A program made the position numbers and the translations under genes. From assembly GCA_963836075.1 (NCBI GenBank), contig CAWIIB010000009.1:32001-96000 (forward strand): a DNA stretch of 64,000 nucleotides, given 5' to 3'. Each line of letters begins with the position of its first letter. Within the stretch, counting starts at the first letter, position 1. The notes below the pieces were generated by a model. The model did no database searches, had not been told where the DNA came from, and saw only the letters and a program-made list of their open reading frames with translations. This document shows, one piece after another, positions 39,820-51,423 of the stretch. This DNA is from an uncultured Acidobacteriota bacterium. GTDB taxonomy: Bacteria > Acidobacteriota > JAQAZP01.

Positions 39820-42800
39820 GCGGGACGCAGCCGAACTGTTCCAGGCCGCCCTCGACCTCGACGAGGACACCCGATCGGAGTTCCTCGACCGGGAATGTGC
39901 CGGACGGCCGGACCTCCGGTCCCGGGTGGAAGAACTGCTGGCGGCCGACGAGCGGGCAGCGGGCTTTCTCGAAACCCCCTTTCCGCTGGGCGCGCTGCTC
40001 GCCGAGGCGAAAGACCCGGCGGCCGCCCTGGTGGGCCGGACCATCGGCGCTTACCGCCTCCTCGATATCATCGCCACCGGCGGCATGGGCGTCATCTTCG
40101 AGGCGGAACAGGAAAAGCCCCGGCGCCGGGTGGCGCTGAAGGTGCTCAAGGCCGGCCTGGCCTCCCGGCAGCTGCTGCGCCGATTTGCCCACGAAGCTGA
40201 GATCCTCGGCCGCTTGCGCCACCCCGGCATCGCCCAGATCTTCGAGGCCGGGGTTGACCAGCAATCGGGTAACCTTCCGTATTTCGCCATGGAGTTCGTG
40301 CCCGGCGCCATGCCGATCACCGCCTACGCCGAGATCCGCAAGTTCACTGTCCGCCAGCGTTTGGAACTGTTCGCCGAGGTCTGCGACACGATCCACTTCG
40401 GCCATCAGCACGGCGTGATCCACCGCGACCTCAAGCCGGGCAACATCCTGGTGGACGAGGACGGCCGGACCAGGGTGATCGACTTCGGTGTGGCGCGGGT
40501 CACCGATGCCGATATGACCATGGTCAGCCTGCAGACCGATACCGGCCAGCTGGTGGGCACCCTGCGCTACATGAGCCCCGAACAGTGCGAAGGGTGACTC
40601 CACCCGGGTGGACACCCGCTGCGACGTCTATGCCCTGGGGGTGGTGCTCTACGAGCTGCTCACCGGTGAACTGCCCTACGACGTGACCACCCCTTCCCCC
40701 TTCGACGTGCCACGGATAATTCGGGAGGAGGAACCGCGGCGAATCTCAACGATCAAGCCGGCATTGAAGGGCGATGTGGAGGCCATCGTGCTCAAGGCGC
40801 TGGAAAAGGTGTGCGACCGGCGCTACCAGTCGGCGCACAGCCTGGCACAGGACATCCGCCGTTTCCTGGCCGGCGAACCGATTGCCGCACGGCGCCACCG
40901 CAAGTGGTACCTGTTGAAAAAGACCCTGGTCAGACACAAAATCGCCTTTGGCGTGGCCTCGGCGTTCGTGCTGCTCATCGCGGTCAGCGCCGTGGTGCTT
41001 GGCTTCCTCTACCGGCAGGCCGACACCCAGCGGCAACTGGCGGAGTCGCGGGCCGAGGAACTGCGGGTCAGCACCTACTTCAACACCATCACCCTGGCCC
41101 AGAACGCATGGGAGTCGGCAAACACACCGCAGCTCAAGGAATTGCTGGGACGATGCCCGCCCGATCTGCGCGGCTGGGAGTGGCATTTTTTGCGGCGATG
41201 CTCGGATGAAAGCCTGTGCACCATCACCGGCCACCAGGGATCGGTACGCGCCCTGACCCTTTCGCCGGACGGCAGCCGGATCGTTTCCGGGGGTTGGGAT
41301 GATCGATTGGTGAAGGTGTGGGATTCAACCAGTGGCGAGTTGCTGAAAACGCTCAGCGGTCACGGGAATCGTATCGGTTGCGTGGCCTGTTCACCTGATG
41401 GGCGGATCATCGTCACCGGCAGTCACGACAAAACCCTGCGCACCTGGGATGCGACCACCGGGCAGCCGATTCATCTGCTGGCCGGTCACGCACGAATCAT
41501 CCGCTGCGCGGTGTTCACCCCGGACGGCCGGCGGATCATATCCAGCGACGAGGGTGGCGTCATGAGGATCTGGGACACGGACAGCGGAACACTGATCTGT
41601 CAGACAAGCCATTCGGACACCGACGTTCCTGCTCTGGCGATCTCGCCCGACGGCAAGGTCTTCGCCTCCGGGGGCAGTGACGGGCAGATCAGGACATGGC
41701 GAGTTCGGGACGGACGGCTGCTGCAAACCATCCAGGCGCATGATCACCGGTTGATGGCTCTGGTCTACGGCGATGACGGCAAGCGGATCTACTCCGGCTC
41801 CTGGGACAAGCTGGTCAGGATCTGGAATTCGAGCAGCGGCACATTGCAGCAGACCATCGGCCCGCACAACGCCGAAATCAACTCCCTGGCCCTCGGGCCC
41901 AACGAACAACGGCTGGCCGTGGCCGGGGGAACCACAATTCAGATCTTCGAGACGGCCTCGGGAAAACTCGTGCGCACCCTCCTGGGCCACGAGCACAGCG
42001 TCAACTCGGTTCAGTTCTCTCCGCATAGCGGCCGCCTTTTCTCATGCAGCCACGACGGCTCGATCCGGATCTGGGACACCGACAGCATATCGAGTAGCGG
42101 CGTATTGACCACACACGAGGGTCATGTAGAGGCGGTGGCCTGTTCCGCGGATGGCCGGTTGATCGCTTCCGCCGGTCGGTCCGGCCGCATCCGCATAGTC
42201 GACGCCGTCTCGCAGGTGAGCCTGGCCGTCATTCCGGCGCACGACAAGGGTGTAACCTCCCTGTCCTTCAGCCCGGACAGCCAACGGCTGGTCTCGGCCG
42301 GAGTTGATCAAACGGCTCGAATATGGGAACGCGACGGCTGGACCAGGACACTGGCCCTCTCGGGTCACCTGGACGTGGTTTGTGCTGTTGATTGGTCGCC
42401 TGATGGAGAGAAGATCGCCACGGGAGGCCTGGACCGATCGGTCATCATTTGGCACGTCGAGACCGGCCAACGTGTATGCACTATTGACTGCGGAGAATCG
42501 ATCTGGTCCCTGGCCTTTTCTCCGGATAGCAGGCAGTTGGCCACTGGAGGCAAGGCGGACCGGGTTCAGCTCTGGGACACGACCAGCGGCGACTCGCTGG
42601 GCACCCTGGCCGGGCACCAGGGTCCGGCTCGCGCCGTGGCCTGGTCAGCGGACGGGGAACGCCTGGTCTCCTGCGGTGATGATTGGCAGCTTCGGCTGTG
42701 GGATGCGAAGAGCCATCTACTTCTGCGCGTGCTGAAAGGGCATCATCACCGCGTGCTGGCCGCCGCCTTCTCACCCGACGGCAGCCGTATCGTCTCCGCG

Positions 42801-42974
42801 TCCTACGACAAGACCCTGGTGCTGTGGGACAGTATCACCGGCCAACACGCATTGACGCTTCACGGCCACGAGTATCCGGTGAACAGCGTTGACGTGTCCC
42901 CGGACGGCCGCGCCATAATTTCGGGCAGTGCGGACCGGACGGTGCGGATCTGGGACGCCGGCCCTGCGGAGTGA
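39812..42974 (+). CDS. Ser/Thr protein kinase with TM helix and WD40 repeats (single frameshift near 40593)
   Basis: GGMG, VALK, HRDLKPGN, DFG, YMSPEQ. Dropping one G in GAAGGGTGA gives QCEGDSTRVDTRCDVYALG, followed by many WD40 repeats. Confidence 0.9.
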
Positions 42975-43015
42975 ATCTGTCTCAGCGGATCCGGACCACA
43001 GCGACCAGAATCACC

Positions 43016-43198
43016 TTACGACGGAATGAGCCGCTTGACCACCACGATGAACGCACCGGTGAGCAAAAGGTTGAGGGCCAACGATAGCATGGCCACGGTG
43101 ATCATCGAACCACCGATGCCGTATGAGAGGGAGATGACCAGCACCCCCGCCCCCACCTTACCTCTGGGAAACATGGCGACCGCCACGGCCAGGGCCAC
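43016..43198 (-). pseudogene. C-terminal remnant of a cation:proton antiporter-like membrane protein
   Basis: AMFPRGKVGAGVLVISL resembles the CPA PRGE motif. No 5' part is present. Confidence 0.5.
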
Positions 43199-43281
43199 TT
43201 CGGCCGGTGAACCGGTCAGCCCGGCCAGCGGGGGTGTGGCTTTCGCTGTGCCGTCAAGCCGGTCGGATTGCGGGATCCGAC

Positions 43282-44846
43282 TCAGGGGAGTTCACTGATC
43301 TCTTCACTGATTTCAAGCAGCTCGTTCGCCGGAACATCTTCCACGGTAGACACCCTGCCCGACGGCCAGTGCACGGTGACCCGGACGGCCGTGTCCGCAT
43401 CGCCCAGACCAACATGCTGGACCAGACTGTTCTGGCTGCGGAAGCTGTTCTGGGCGCTGACCTCGCGGATCTGGCTGGTCGAATGACCACTGATGGTCGC
43501 TTCCACGGTGATCCTGGCCCCGATGGCGGAGCGGTTGGAGACGCCTCCCTGGAGACGGATCTTCAACCAGTGGGCTGCTGAGGTCTCGTTCCGGTAGAGC
43601 CGGTTCTGCTCGCCGGGCCCTGGCTCGTTGGGCCAGCTACCGATGTAGAAATCCAGGTCGCCGTCATCGTGGTAGTCCGCCCAGGCCGCACAGCCGGCAA
43701 AGATGATCGGCCGCCAAGGTCACCCGCGGCGCAGCGGGTGAGCCAGCCCGTCCCGTCGTTGAGGTAGAGCACCGTCGCGGCGCCCCAGTTGACCACCGCC
43801 AGGTCGAGGTCGCCGTCGTTGTCCACGTCGGCCCAGCTCACCCCGTAAGTGTGCCCGGCGTCGAGAACGGCAGCGCCCTCCTCGAGCGGCGTGAACCCCT
43901 CCGCGCCGTCATTGCGATAGAGCAGGTTGGCCATTCCGTACATGGTGCCCACATAGAGGTCGAGGTCGCCGTCGTTGTCCATGTCGCCCCAGTCGGCGGC
44001 CAGGGCCGGCGCACCATCGTTGCTCAACGGGCTGTCCGCCACCAGGGTCAGCTGCCAGTCCCCACCGTTGCGGTAGAGCGCATTGTTGCCGGCCCGGTTG
44101 GCGACGAAGAGATCCTGGTCGCCGTCATTGTCACAGTCACCCCAGACGGCACTGCCTGACGCCCCGTCCGTGGTGACCGCGGCCCCCTCGGTGATCCTGC
44201 TGAAGCGCCCCTCCCCGTCATTGCGGTAGAGGAAGTCGGGGCCGCTGTGGCTCAGCCCCCCGTTGGCCACGAAGAGATCCAGCAGCCCGTCCTGGTCGAC
44301 GTCCACCCAGGCTGCGGAGTAGGAATGGCCCCCGTCCATGGCCGGTGCGCTGTCCGTGAGCCTGGTGAACGTTCCCCCGTCGTTGCGGTAGAGGAAATTC
44401 TGCTGGTCCTGCTGGTTGGGGACAAAGAAGTCGGGATCGCCGTCGTTGTCCATATCGCCCCAGGTGCTGCCCGAGGAATAGCCGTCATCATCCACCGGCG
44501 GCCCGCCGCTCACCGGCGAAAACGTTCCGCTGCCGTCGTTTCGGTATAGCCGGTTCTTCTGGGGCGCCGGTGTGGCGGCACTGACATCGTACCCGTTGGC
44601 GGCGAAAAGGTCATCATCACCATCCCCGTCAAAATCGACCCAGCTGACACCGCCGGTGCTGGCTCTCCCTTCCACCAGGGGGCCCTCGGTCACCAGCTGA
44701 AAGTGAACGCCCGGTGGATGCACGGCCCGCTCCGCAACCTGCGCCTCGCCCCGGTTGAGTCCCTGGTCGGCGCAGTGAAAGGAGGACAGGGCCGAGGCAA
44801 GCACTATCAGGACAGGCAGTGGTATGGATGGCAGTCCACTCTTCAT
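43282..44846 (-). CDS. Secreted FG-GAP repeat / CRTAC1 protein with ASPIC-UnbV C-terminal domain (frameshift near 43708)
   Basis: Repeated W.D.DNDGD.DL and LYRN. The shifted frame continues WADYHDDGDLD...WLKIRLQG..SNRSAIGARI...HVGLG...WPSG. Confidence 0.85.
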
Positions 44847-44884
44847 TCCGCGGCCTCCTCAGATGATTTTGTCAGTTTTCCGAA

Positions 44885-46615
44885 TCAGCTCCAGTCCGAC
44901 TCCGCGGGCAGCAGATTATCCACGGGCACGACGGTGGTGGTGAACGACATCACCGAGTCCACATCGTCCCGGACACCGATGGCCAGTTGCTCAACGCCCG
45001 GCGGCAGGGCGAGGTTGACCCGGTATCTGAACTCCCGGCCCATTGCCTGCTCAACAAATTCCTCGGGGATGCGGATCGGGGAGGGGCGGGTGTTTCCACC
45101 ACCGCCGAACTCACTCCACGGCCGGTCCGTGCGGCGAGCCAGAACCGCAAATGCCCCTCCTGGACCCCGTCGCGGGGGATGAACAGCAATCGGTCCAGCG
45201 GCACCCGCACTTCAACGGAAACCAGCACGTCTCCCCCGGACCGGCGGCGGGCCTCCCCCAGCTGAACCTCGATCTGGAGCGGGTTGTCCGCCACTCCGGC
45301 GGACAGGGCCGCCCGGAGGCCATCGGCCATGCTGTTGTCCTCGGTGACCGGCCGAAAGACCTTGCGGTGCCGCGCCCGGAGGCCGCGCCCTCGTACCGCC
45401 ACCTCGAGCTGTGCCGGATCGGGGCCTTCACCAGGCCGCGGCTTGAACCCGAGCGAGTAATAGCTGCTCGCATCGGTGACAATGGCCGACAGAATACCCT
45501 GGGACCCGTCCATCTTTCCCGACGAGCTGCCGCCGGATTCCCCGGCCAGAAGCCTGAGCGAGGAATTCCGGTCGCGGTCCGAGCCATCGGTGAGCGCCGA
45601 ATAGTATGCGTTCGCTCCCGTCTGGGCACTGATCCCGCCCCCGCCCCTCGGCCCGCCGGCATCAAACGTATAGAAAGCCACCCTGGCGCTGCCGGCCAGG
45701 TCAGCCAGCCGTTTGAACCGGGATGACACATCATAGTTCTGACTTTCCATGGCCATTGTCCGTGTCGATGCCGAGCGGAAGCTGCCGGATTTCTGGAATT
45801 TGTCCTCCAGCGCGGCGTACAGCTCTTCAGCGGTGTTCAGCGGCAGGCCGTTACTGATGTAAAGCAGTGACTTGCGGCCCGGGACACCGGCAAGAACACC
45901 GATGAGCTGTTCCAGCGAACCGAGGGTCAGGTCGAGCTCGTTGCCCAGCGACTCGGCATGAACCCGGATACGGCCCACCACGGCTTCCGCACTGCTCGAT
46001 TCGGCGATTTCCCGCAACAGCTCGCGGCGCTCACCCTCCCGATCGGGGAATAAGCTGCTGCCGAACGTTATGGCTGACAGCGCTGCGGCGAGCTGCTTGC
46101 GGTCGGAAGTGAAAGGCTGACGAATGAGCAGCTCCGGCCCGGATTCAACCACCATAACCCCGTCACCGGCAGAAATACTGGAGTCGAGGAAATTCGAAAG
46201 GGACGGCAGCAGACGCTGGCCGGCCAGTGGATCGAGGTTCCGGTGGTCAAGATAGATCACCAGTTGGAGCGGTTCCCGGACCGCCGCAGAATCAGGGGCC
46301 CGGGTGCCGGCGGGTGACGGCGAAGCACCACCGCTATCGCCGCCCGCCCCTACCCCGTCTCCGGGGAAATCAACGGTGTGGAAGTGTGAGACGGGAACCG
46401 GTTCCCCATTGATCTTCAGGGTGAAATCATCCGCCGCTAGATCGCGAACCGGACGGCCCCTGGAATCACTGACAAAAACCTCCAGCTCCATCAGCCTGAC
46501 TTCGATGGTCTCGGCGAAGGCGGCTGACAGAGAGTCCTCGGAATCATCTGGGAAAAGCGGCCGCCATCCCGAACAAGGTAAAGAGCACGAGGGTGAGCGA
46601 TGTGAATGGCTTCAT
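44885..46615 (-). CDS. VWA-domain protein (Acidobacterial VWFA-related), apparent frameshifts near both ends
   Basis: V.DSRGRPV.DL...DF, GRKSLLYISNG, LAGESGG, YYSLGF. The signal peptide (ATG 46615) and the C-terminus lie in shifted frames. Confidence 0.8.
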
Positions 46616-46646
46616 GAACCTTCCCTTAAAAATCCCTGCTACAGTA

Positions 46647-46675
46647 ATTAAAGTAGTCAACATGAGGGTTGTCAA
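46647..46675 (-). promoter_or_regulatory. sigma70-type promoter of the VWA gene
   Basis: Minus strand TTGACA-17 bp-TTTAAT. Confidence 0.6.
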
Positions 46676-46807
46676 CGAATCCACTGTCCAACCGTGGAAA
46701 ATGACACCGCCGCGCCCCGGGATGCCCCACGTAGTTATCCTTCGCTAACTATCAGTCCTGCACGGCCACCTGCAGTCCCCTTGCGCACAAATTATCTTCA
46801 ATTATAT

Positions 46808-46821
46808 TTAGCTTAAGCTAA
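46808..46821. promoter_or_regulatory. Perfect 14-bp palindrome, DtxR/IdeR/MntR-box-like operator
   Basis: TTAGCTTAAGCTAA (TTAG-N6-CTAA) overlapping a candidate promoter TTGCGC-16-TATATT (46781-46808) upstream of the fez-like operon. Confidence 0.6.
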
Positions 46822-47059
46822 CATCGATGCTGCCACAAGACAAATCTATCCTATATCATTACATTAATGCATCTTACGTCTCACTGCTTCGGTGAGACGT
46901 GCGGCTCGATGGCCCTCTCCCCCGCCATTTTTCCCCGATGGGCACAACCTGATTGCTTGACCCGGAGGGACATGCCCCCATAAACTCTTATTTTCAAGGA
47001 AATCATACGACCTTTGAGACGTGGACGGGTGGGATAAAACCGCCCGGGGGGCCTTGACC

Positions 47060-47608
47060 ATGCACATCATCACTGGGCTGCTCCTGGCCGCGCTGGCCGG
47101 GCGCAAAAAGAAACCCGGGGCCGGCGGAGCATCCATGCTAAAGAGCGGTCCGGTGCGCACCGAGCACTCGCTCCCGGGACGCCTGCGCCTCCGTGTGCCT
47201 TCCCTGGCCGGTCAGCGGGAAACCTGCGAAAACCTGGTCTCCAGATTTTCGCGGCTCCGCGGCATCAAATCTGTTGCGGTCAGCCCGGTAACCGGCTCGG
47301 TGCTGATTCACCATGACCAGGAGGCGGTGCGGCCGGAAGTGCTCTTCGGTGCCGTGGTCAAGCTGCTGGGACTGGAGGAGGAGCTGGAGCGGGTGCCCAC
47401 ACCGGTGCTCACCCGAGAACTGGGCCTCCTCGGCCGCAGTCTGGACCGCGCGGTCTACGAGAAGTCGGGCGGGCTGGTCAACGGCTGGAGCCTGCTGCTG
47501 TTGGGCGTGGCCGCCCTGGGCATCCGCCGGGCACTCAACGACAATACCCGGATGTGGCCGGCCGGCCTGACCATGGTCTGGTGGGCGGTCAACGGGCTGA
47601 GGCGTTAA
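47060..47608 (+). CDS. HMA2-domain membrane protein (FezC-like)
   Basis: HSLPGRLRL...VTGSVLI motif plus C-terminal hydrophobic segments. Confidence 0.75.
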   Translation: MHIITGLLLAALAGRKKKPGAGGASMLKSGPVRTEHSLPGRLRLRVPSLAGQRETCENLVSRFSRLRGIKSVAVSPVTGSVLIHHDQEAVRPEVLFGAVVKLLGLEEELERVPTPVLTRELGLLGRSLDRAVYEKSGGLVNGWSLLLLGVAALGIRRALNDNTRMWPAGLTMVWWAVNGLRR

Positions 47609-47629
47609 CCCGGTTGCCTGGAGGAGCTG

Positions 47630-48052
47630 ATGGACTGGGCAAGGGTCTGTGCGCAGGTGGCCAGCCGGCCGCGGGTGATCCACCGGCTGCCGGGACGGCT
47701 GAGAATCCGCATCCCGCTCCTCCGGCGGCTGGAGAGGGAGCACCAGGGCCTGGCCGACGCCATCGGCACGCTGCTGGCCGCCCCCGAGGGCATCCGGCAG
47801 GTCACGGTGAGTCTCGACTCGGGCAACGCCCTGCTGCTCTTCGACCCGCAGCAGCTGACCGAAAAAGAGATTCTCGACTACCTTCGCGGTGTGCTGGAGA
47901 TCTTTCTCCGCCACCGTGAGCGATTCGCCGAACTGCCCGCGGAGCGGCTGCCCGTGGTGGTCAGCCGCCTGGAACCGGTATTGTGCAACGCGGTGCAGCG
48001 GAAACTGAGCCTGCGCACCGATATCGAGATTGGCGACGATGTTCTGGCGTAA
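47630..48052 (+). CDS. HMA2-domain protein
   Basis: HRLPGRLRI...SGNALLLFD. Confidence 0.75.
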   Translation: MDWARVCAQVASRPRVIHRLPGRLRIRIPLLRRLEREHQGLADAIGTLLAAPEGIRQVTVSLDSGNALLLFDPQQLTEKEILDYLRGVLEIFLRHRERFAELPAERLPVVVSRLEPVLCNAVQRKLSLRTDIEIGDDVLA

Positions 48053-50256
48053 ACACAAACCGCTGATGCACTGCGAGGTCCTGCACAGCCTCCCGGGACG
48101 GCTGCGTGTCGGCTGCCGGGCATTGCGCTTCCTCGAGGCCCACGGCGGGGAGGTCCTGCACCGCCTTGAGGAAATGGCCCCGGTGACCACGGCGCGGGTG
48201 AGCATTATCACCGCCAACGTGCTGGTGACCTACGAACACGGGGTCTACAGCGAAATGGAGATCCTCGAGCTGGTGGAATCGGCCATTGGCGCCTTTGCCC
48301 TCACCGCCTACAAGGCCGAGCGGGCTGAGAACAGCCGGCTCACGGTGAACGAGCGCCGCCTGCAGGAGGAACCGATCTCCGAGATGGTCACCCGGGTGGC
48401 GGTCACCACGGTGTCACTGCTCTTTGCCTGGCTGCGCCCCGGCGCGGCGGCCCCCCCGCCGGCCTGCTGCGCCGTTTCATGACCATGCCGGCCCTGACCA
48501 GCCTCTCCCTCGCCGCGCCGATCTTCCGCAGCGGCTGGGACTCGCTGCAGACCCGGATGCGGCCCAACGCCGACACCCTCAGCGCCACCGCCATCCTGGC
48601 CAGCATCATCTGCCGGCCGGGACATCGTCGGCGCTGACCATCATCTGGCTGGCCGACATCGCCGAGCTGCTGACCGCCTACACCATGGAGCGCACGCGAC
48701 AGGCCATCCGCGAGATGCTGTCGGTGGGCGAGGAAGTGGTCTGGCGCCTGCGGGAGGACGGCAGCGAAGAGCGGGTGGCCCTGGAAGACCTGCAGGTCGG
48801 CGACCGGATCATGGTCCACACCGGGCGAAAAGATCAGCGTGGACGGCGTCGGTGGAATCGGGCGAAGCGGCGGTGGACCAGGCCTCGATCACCGGCGAGT
48901 TCATGCCGCATGCGCAAGAGCCGAGGGCGACGAGGTCTTCGCCGGCACGGTGGTCAAGAGCGGCCGGCTGGTGGTCCGGGCGGAGAAGGTCGGCGACGAG
49001 ACGGCCGTGGCCCGCATCGTCCACCTGGTCGAGGAGGCGACGCACCGCAAGGCCTCGATCCAGACCATCGCCGACAGGGTCTCGGCCCAGTTCATCCCGA
49101 TCAACTTCCTCCTCGCCGTGATGGTCTATGCCATCACGCGCAACACCAGCCGCGCCCTGAACATGCTGATCATCGACTACTCGTGCGGCGTGCGGCTCTC
49201 CACGGCCACGGCGCTGTCGGCGGCGATCTGCACGGCGGCCCGCAACGGCATCCTGATCAAGGGCGGCAACTACCTCGAGCTGCTCTCCGAGGCCGACACG
49301 CTGATCCTCGACAAGACCGGCACGATGACCGAAGGGCGGCCCCAGGTGACGAGCATCGTCCCGCCAGAGCGACAGCGTCACCGCCCGGGAGGTGATCCGG
49401 CTGGCCGCCGCGGCCGAGGAAACCAGCACCCACCCGATGGCCGTGGCCGTGCTGGACAAGGTCCAGGCGCAAGGGCTGGTCCATCCCCGCGCACAGCGAC
49501 AGCGAGGTCTTCGCCGCCCGGGGTGTCGAGACCACGGTGGGCCGCTCGGTGATCCGGGTGGGCAGCCGGCGCTTCATGGAGGAGAACGGTATCGACGCTG
49601 GGCCCGCGGTGGAGGCCGTCGCACCGCCTGGCGCGCCAAGGGCGAGAGCATCGTCTACGTGGCCAGGGGCGAAGAAGCTGCTCGGCGTGCTGGGCATCCA
49701 GGACGCCCTGCGCGAGAACATGAAGAAGGCGCTGAACCGGCTGCGCCAGATCGGCATGGACGACATCATCCTGCTCACCGGCGACGTGGAGCAGCACGCG
49801 GAGATCGTGGCCACCCGCATGGCCATGGACCGCTACCAGGCCGAGGTGATGCCGGACGACAAGGCCGAGACCGTGCTCAAGCTGCAGTCGCAAGGGGACG
49901 CACGTGGTGATGGTCGGCGACGGGATCAACGACGCGCCGGCCCTGGCCTACGCCGACGTGGGGATCGCCATGGGCGGCACGCGCACCGACATCGCCATGG
50001 AGGCGGCCGACATCACCATCACCGGCGACGACCCGCTGATGATCCCGGCGGTGATCCGCATGGCGCAACAAGACGATGCGACATCGTCCGGCAGAACTTC
50101 GCCACGGCCATCGGCGTCAACACGCTGGGGATCGTCCTGTCGGCGGTGGGCGTGCTGCCGGTGTTCTGGGGCGCGGTGCTGCACAACACCTGCACGGTGG
50201 CCGTGGTGCTCAATTCCTCGCGGCTGCTGTTCCACGACGTGGAGAGGGAGCGATGA
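48039..50256 (+). CDS. P1B-6 heavy-metal P-type ATPase (FezB-like), multiple frameshifts
   Basis: Read across frames: [50 protein letters not shown]. Confidence 0.85.
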
Positions 50257-51098
50257 GCAACACTGACCGGCCGGTGGTCACCATCGTCCACGCCATCCCG
50301 GGCCGCGTGCGGGTGCGGTTGTCCGGCCCGCCCGAGGACGCGGAGCGGCTGGTGGCCGCCGTGCGCGAGCACGACGGGATGCCGTTCATCCGCTACACCC
50401 CGGCCACACGGTCGGTGCTGGTGCGCCATGACCCGCGGGAGATCGTCCGCGAGGAGGTGGTGCTGCGCATCGCCACCGCCTGGGCCATCGACCAGGGGGG
50501 CGTGCCGGTGCGGGTGCTGGCCCAGCCGGAGCGCGGCGACTTTTCCAACCTGGCGGTGCTCTCCGCCGGACTGATCGGTGCCGCCCTGCTGATGCGTCTG
50601 GGGCGCGGCGCCGGCGCCGCCCCGCTGCTGGAGCGCGCCGCCGGGACCTGCACCGCTGCGGCGGTGGCCGAGCACGCCTGGCGGGACGTACGGGAGGAAG
50701 GCTACATCCACCCCGAGGTGCTATCCATCGGCTACCTGGTCAGCGCCTTTTTCCGGGGCAACTTTCTCAAGGCCTCGGTGATCACCTGGTTCACCACCTT
50801 CGGCCGGCACCTGCTGGACGCCCCCCGCCGGGGGGTGATGGTAACCCCGGTGCCGCTGAGGGACGGCGAGAGCAGTGAACCGCGATACGAGATCCGCGTG
50901 GGTCCGGACATGGATCTCCCGGAGCGGGAACGGATCGTCGGATCGATCCAGGCCCTGCTCAAGTTCGCCATCACCGGCGGCGCGGCCCACGGAGAACGGA
51001 ACCTGGTGGACGAACTGCGGGACGTCTCCCGCATTCATGGTGAGGTTGTGGAAGGTCTGGGGCGCGGCCGGCACGGCATGCCCCTCAAGTTTCAATAG
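50253..51098 (+). CDS. HMA2-domain membrane protein (FezC-like)
   Basis: HAIPGRVRV...TRSVLV followed by TM helices. ATGA overlap with the ATPase stop. Confidence 0.7.
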   Translation: MSNTDRPVVTIVHAIPGRVRVRLSGPPEDAERLVAAVREHDGMPFIRYTPATRSVLVRHDPREIVREEVVLRIATAWAIDQGGVPVRVLAQPERGDFSNLAVLSAGLIGAALLMRLGRGAGAAPLLERAAGTCTAAAVAEHAWRDVREEGYIHPEVLSIGYLVSAFFRGNFLKASVITWFTTFGRHLLDAPRRGVMVTPVPLRDGESSEPRYEIRVGPDMDLPERERIVGSIQALLKFAITGGAAHGERNLVDELRDVSRIHGEVVEGLGRGRHGMPLKFQ

Positions 51099-51133
51099 AC
51101 CGGGCAAGACCGCCCGGTCAAGGAGGACCGAAG

Positions 51134-51409
51134 ATGGCGATCAACTCCAATCACGTAACCGGCTTTGTGGTGGGCCTGGGCATCGCTGCCGCAGGCTTCT
51201 ATGCCTACAAGAAAAACCAGACCGCGGTGGACGACTGGCTCCGCCGTCAGGGCGTGCAGGTCCCGGCTGCCGGGGTCAAGGACGTCACGGCCATGTCGCT
51301 GGAAGAACTGGTGACCGAAAAGGAGCACCTCGAGGACGTTATCGCTGAACGCGAGATGGCCCCCGGCGGGGACGAGCCGGCGGCAAAGGAAGAGAGTGCA
51401 AAAGGATAG
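51134..51409 (+). CDS. Small GxxxG membrane protein (FezA-like)
   Basis: AGGAGG RBS, GFVVGLGIAAAGFYAYKK TM segment, acidic tail SLEELVTEKEHLEDVIAE. Confidence 0.75.
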   Translation: MAINSNHVTGFVVGLGIAAAGFYAYKKNQTAVDDWLRRQGVQVPAAGVKDVTAMSLEELVTEKEHLEDVIAEREMAPGGDEPAAKEESAKG

Positions 51410-51423
51410 AGCCGGGCTTCAAA

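Noticed and set aside
40595-40597. TGA in the kinase gene as a possible selenocysteine
   Set aside because: The downstream kinase sequence is in a different frame and a 1-nt indel in GGG explains it. Not a Cys position.
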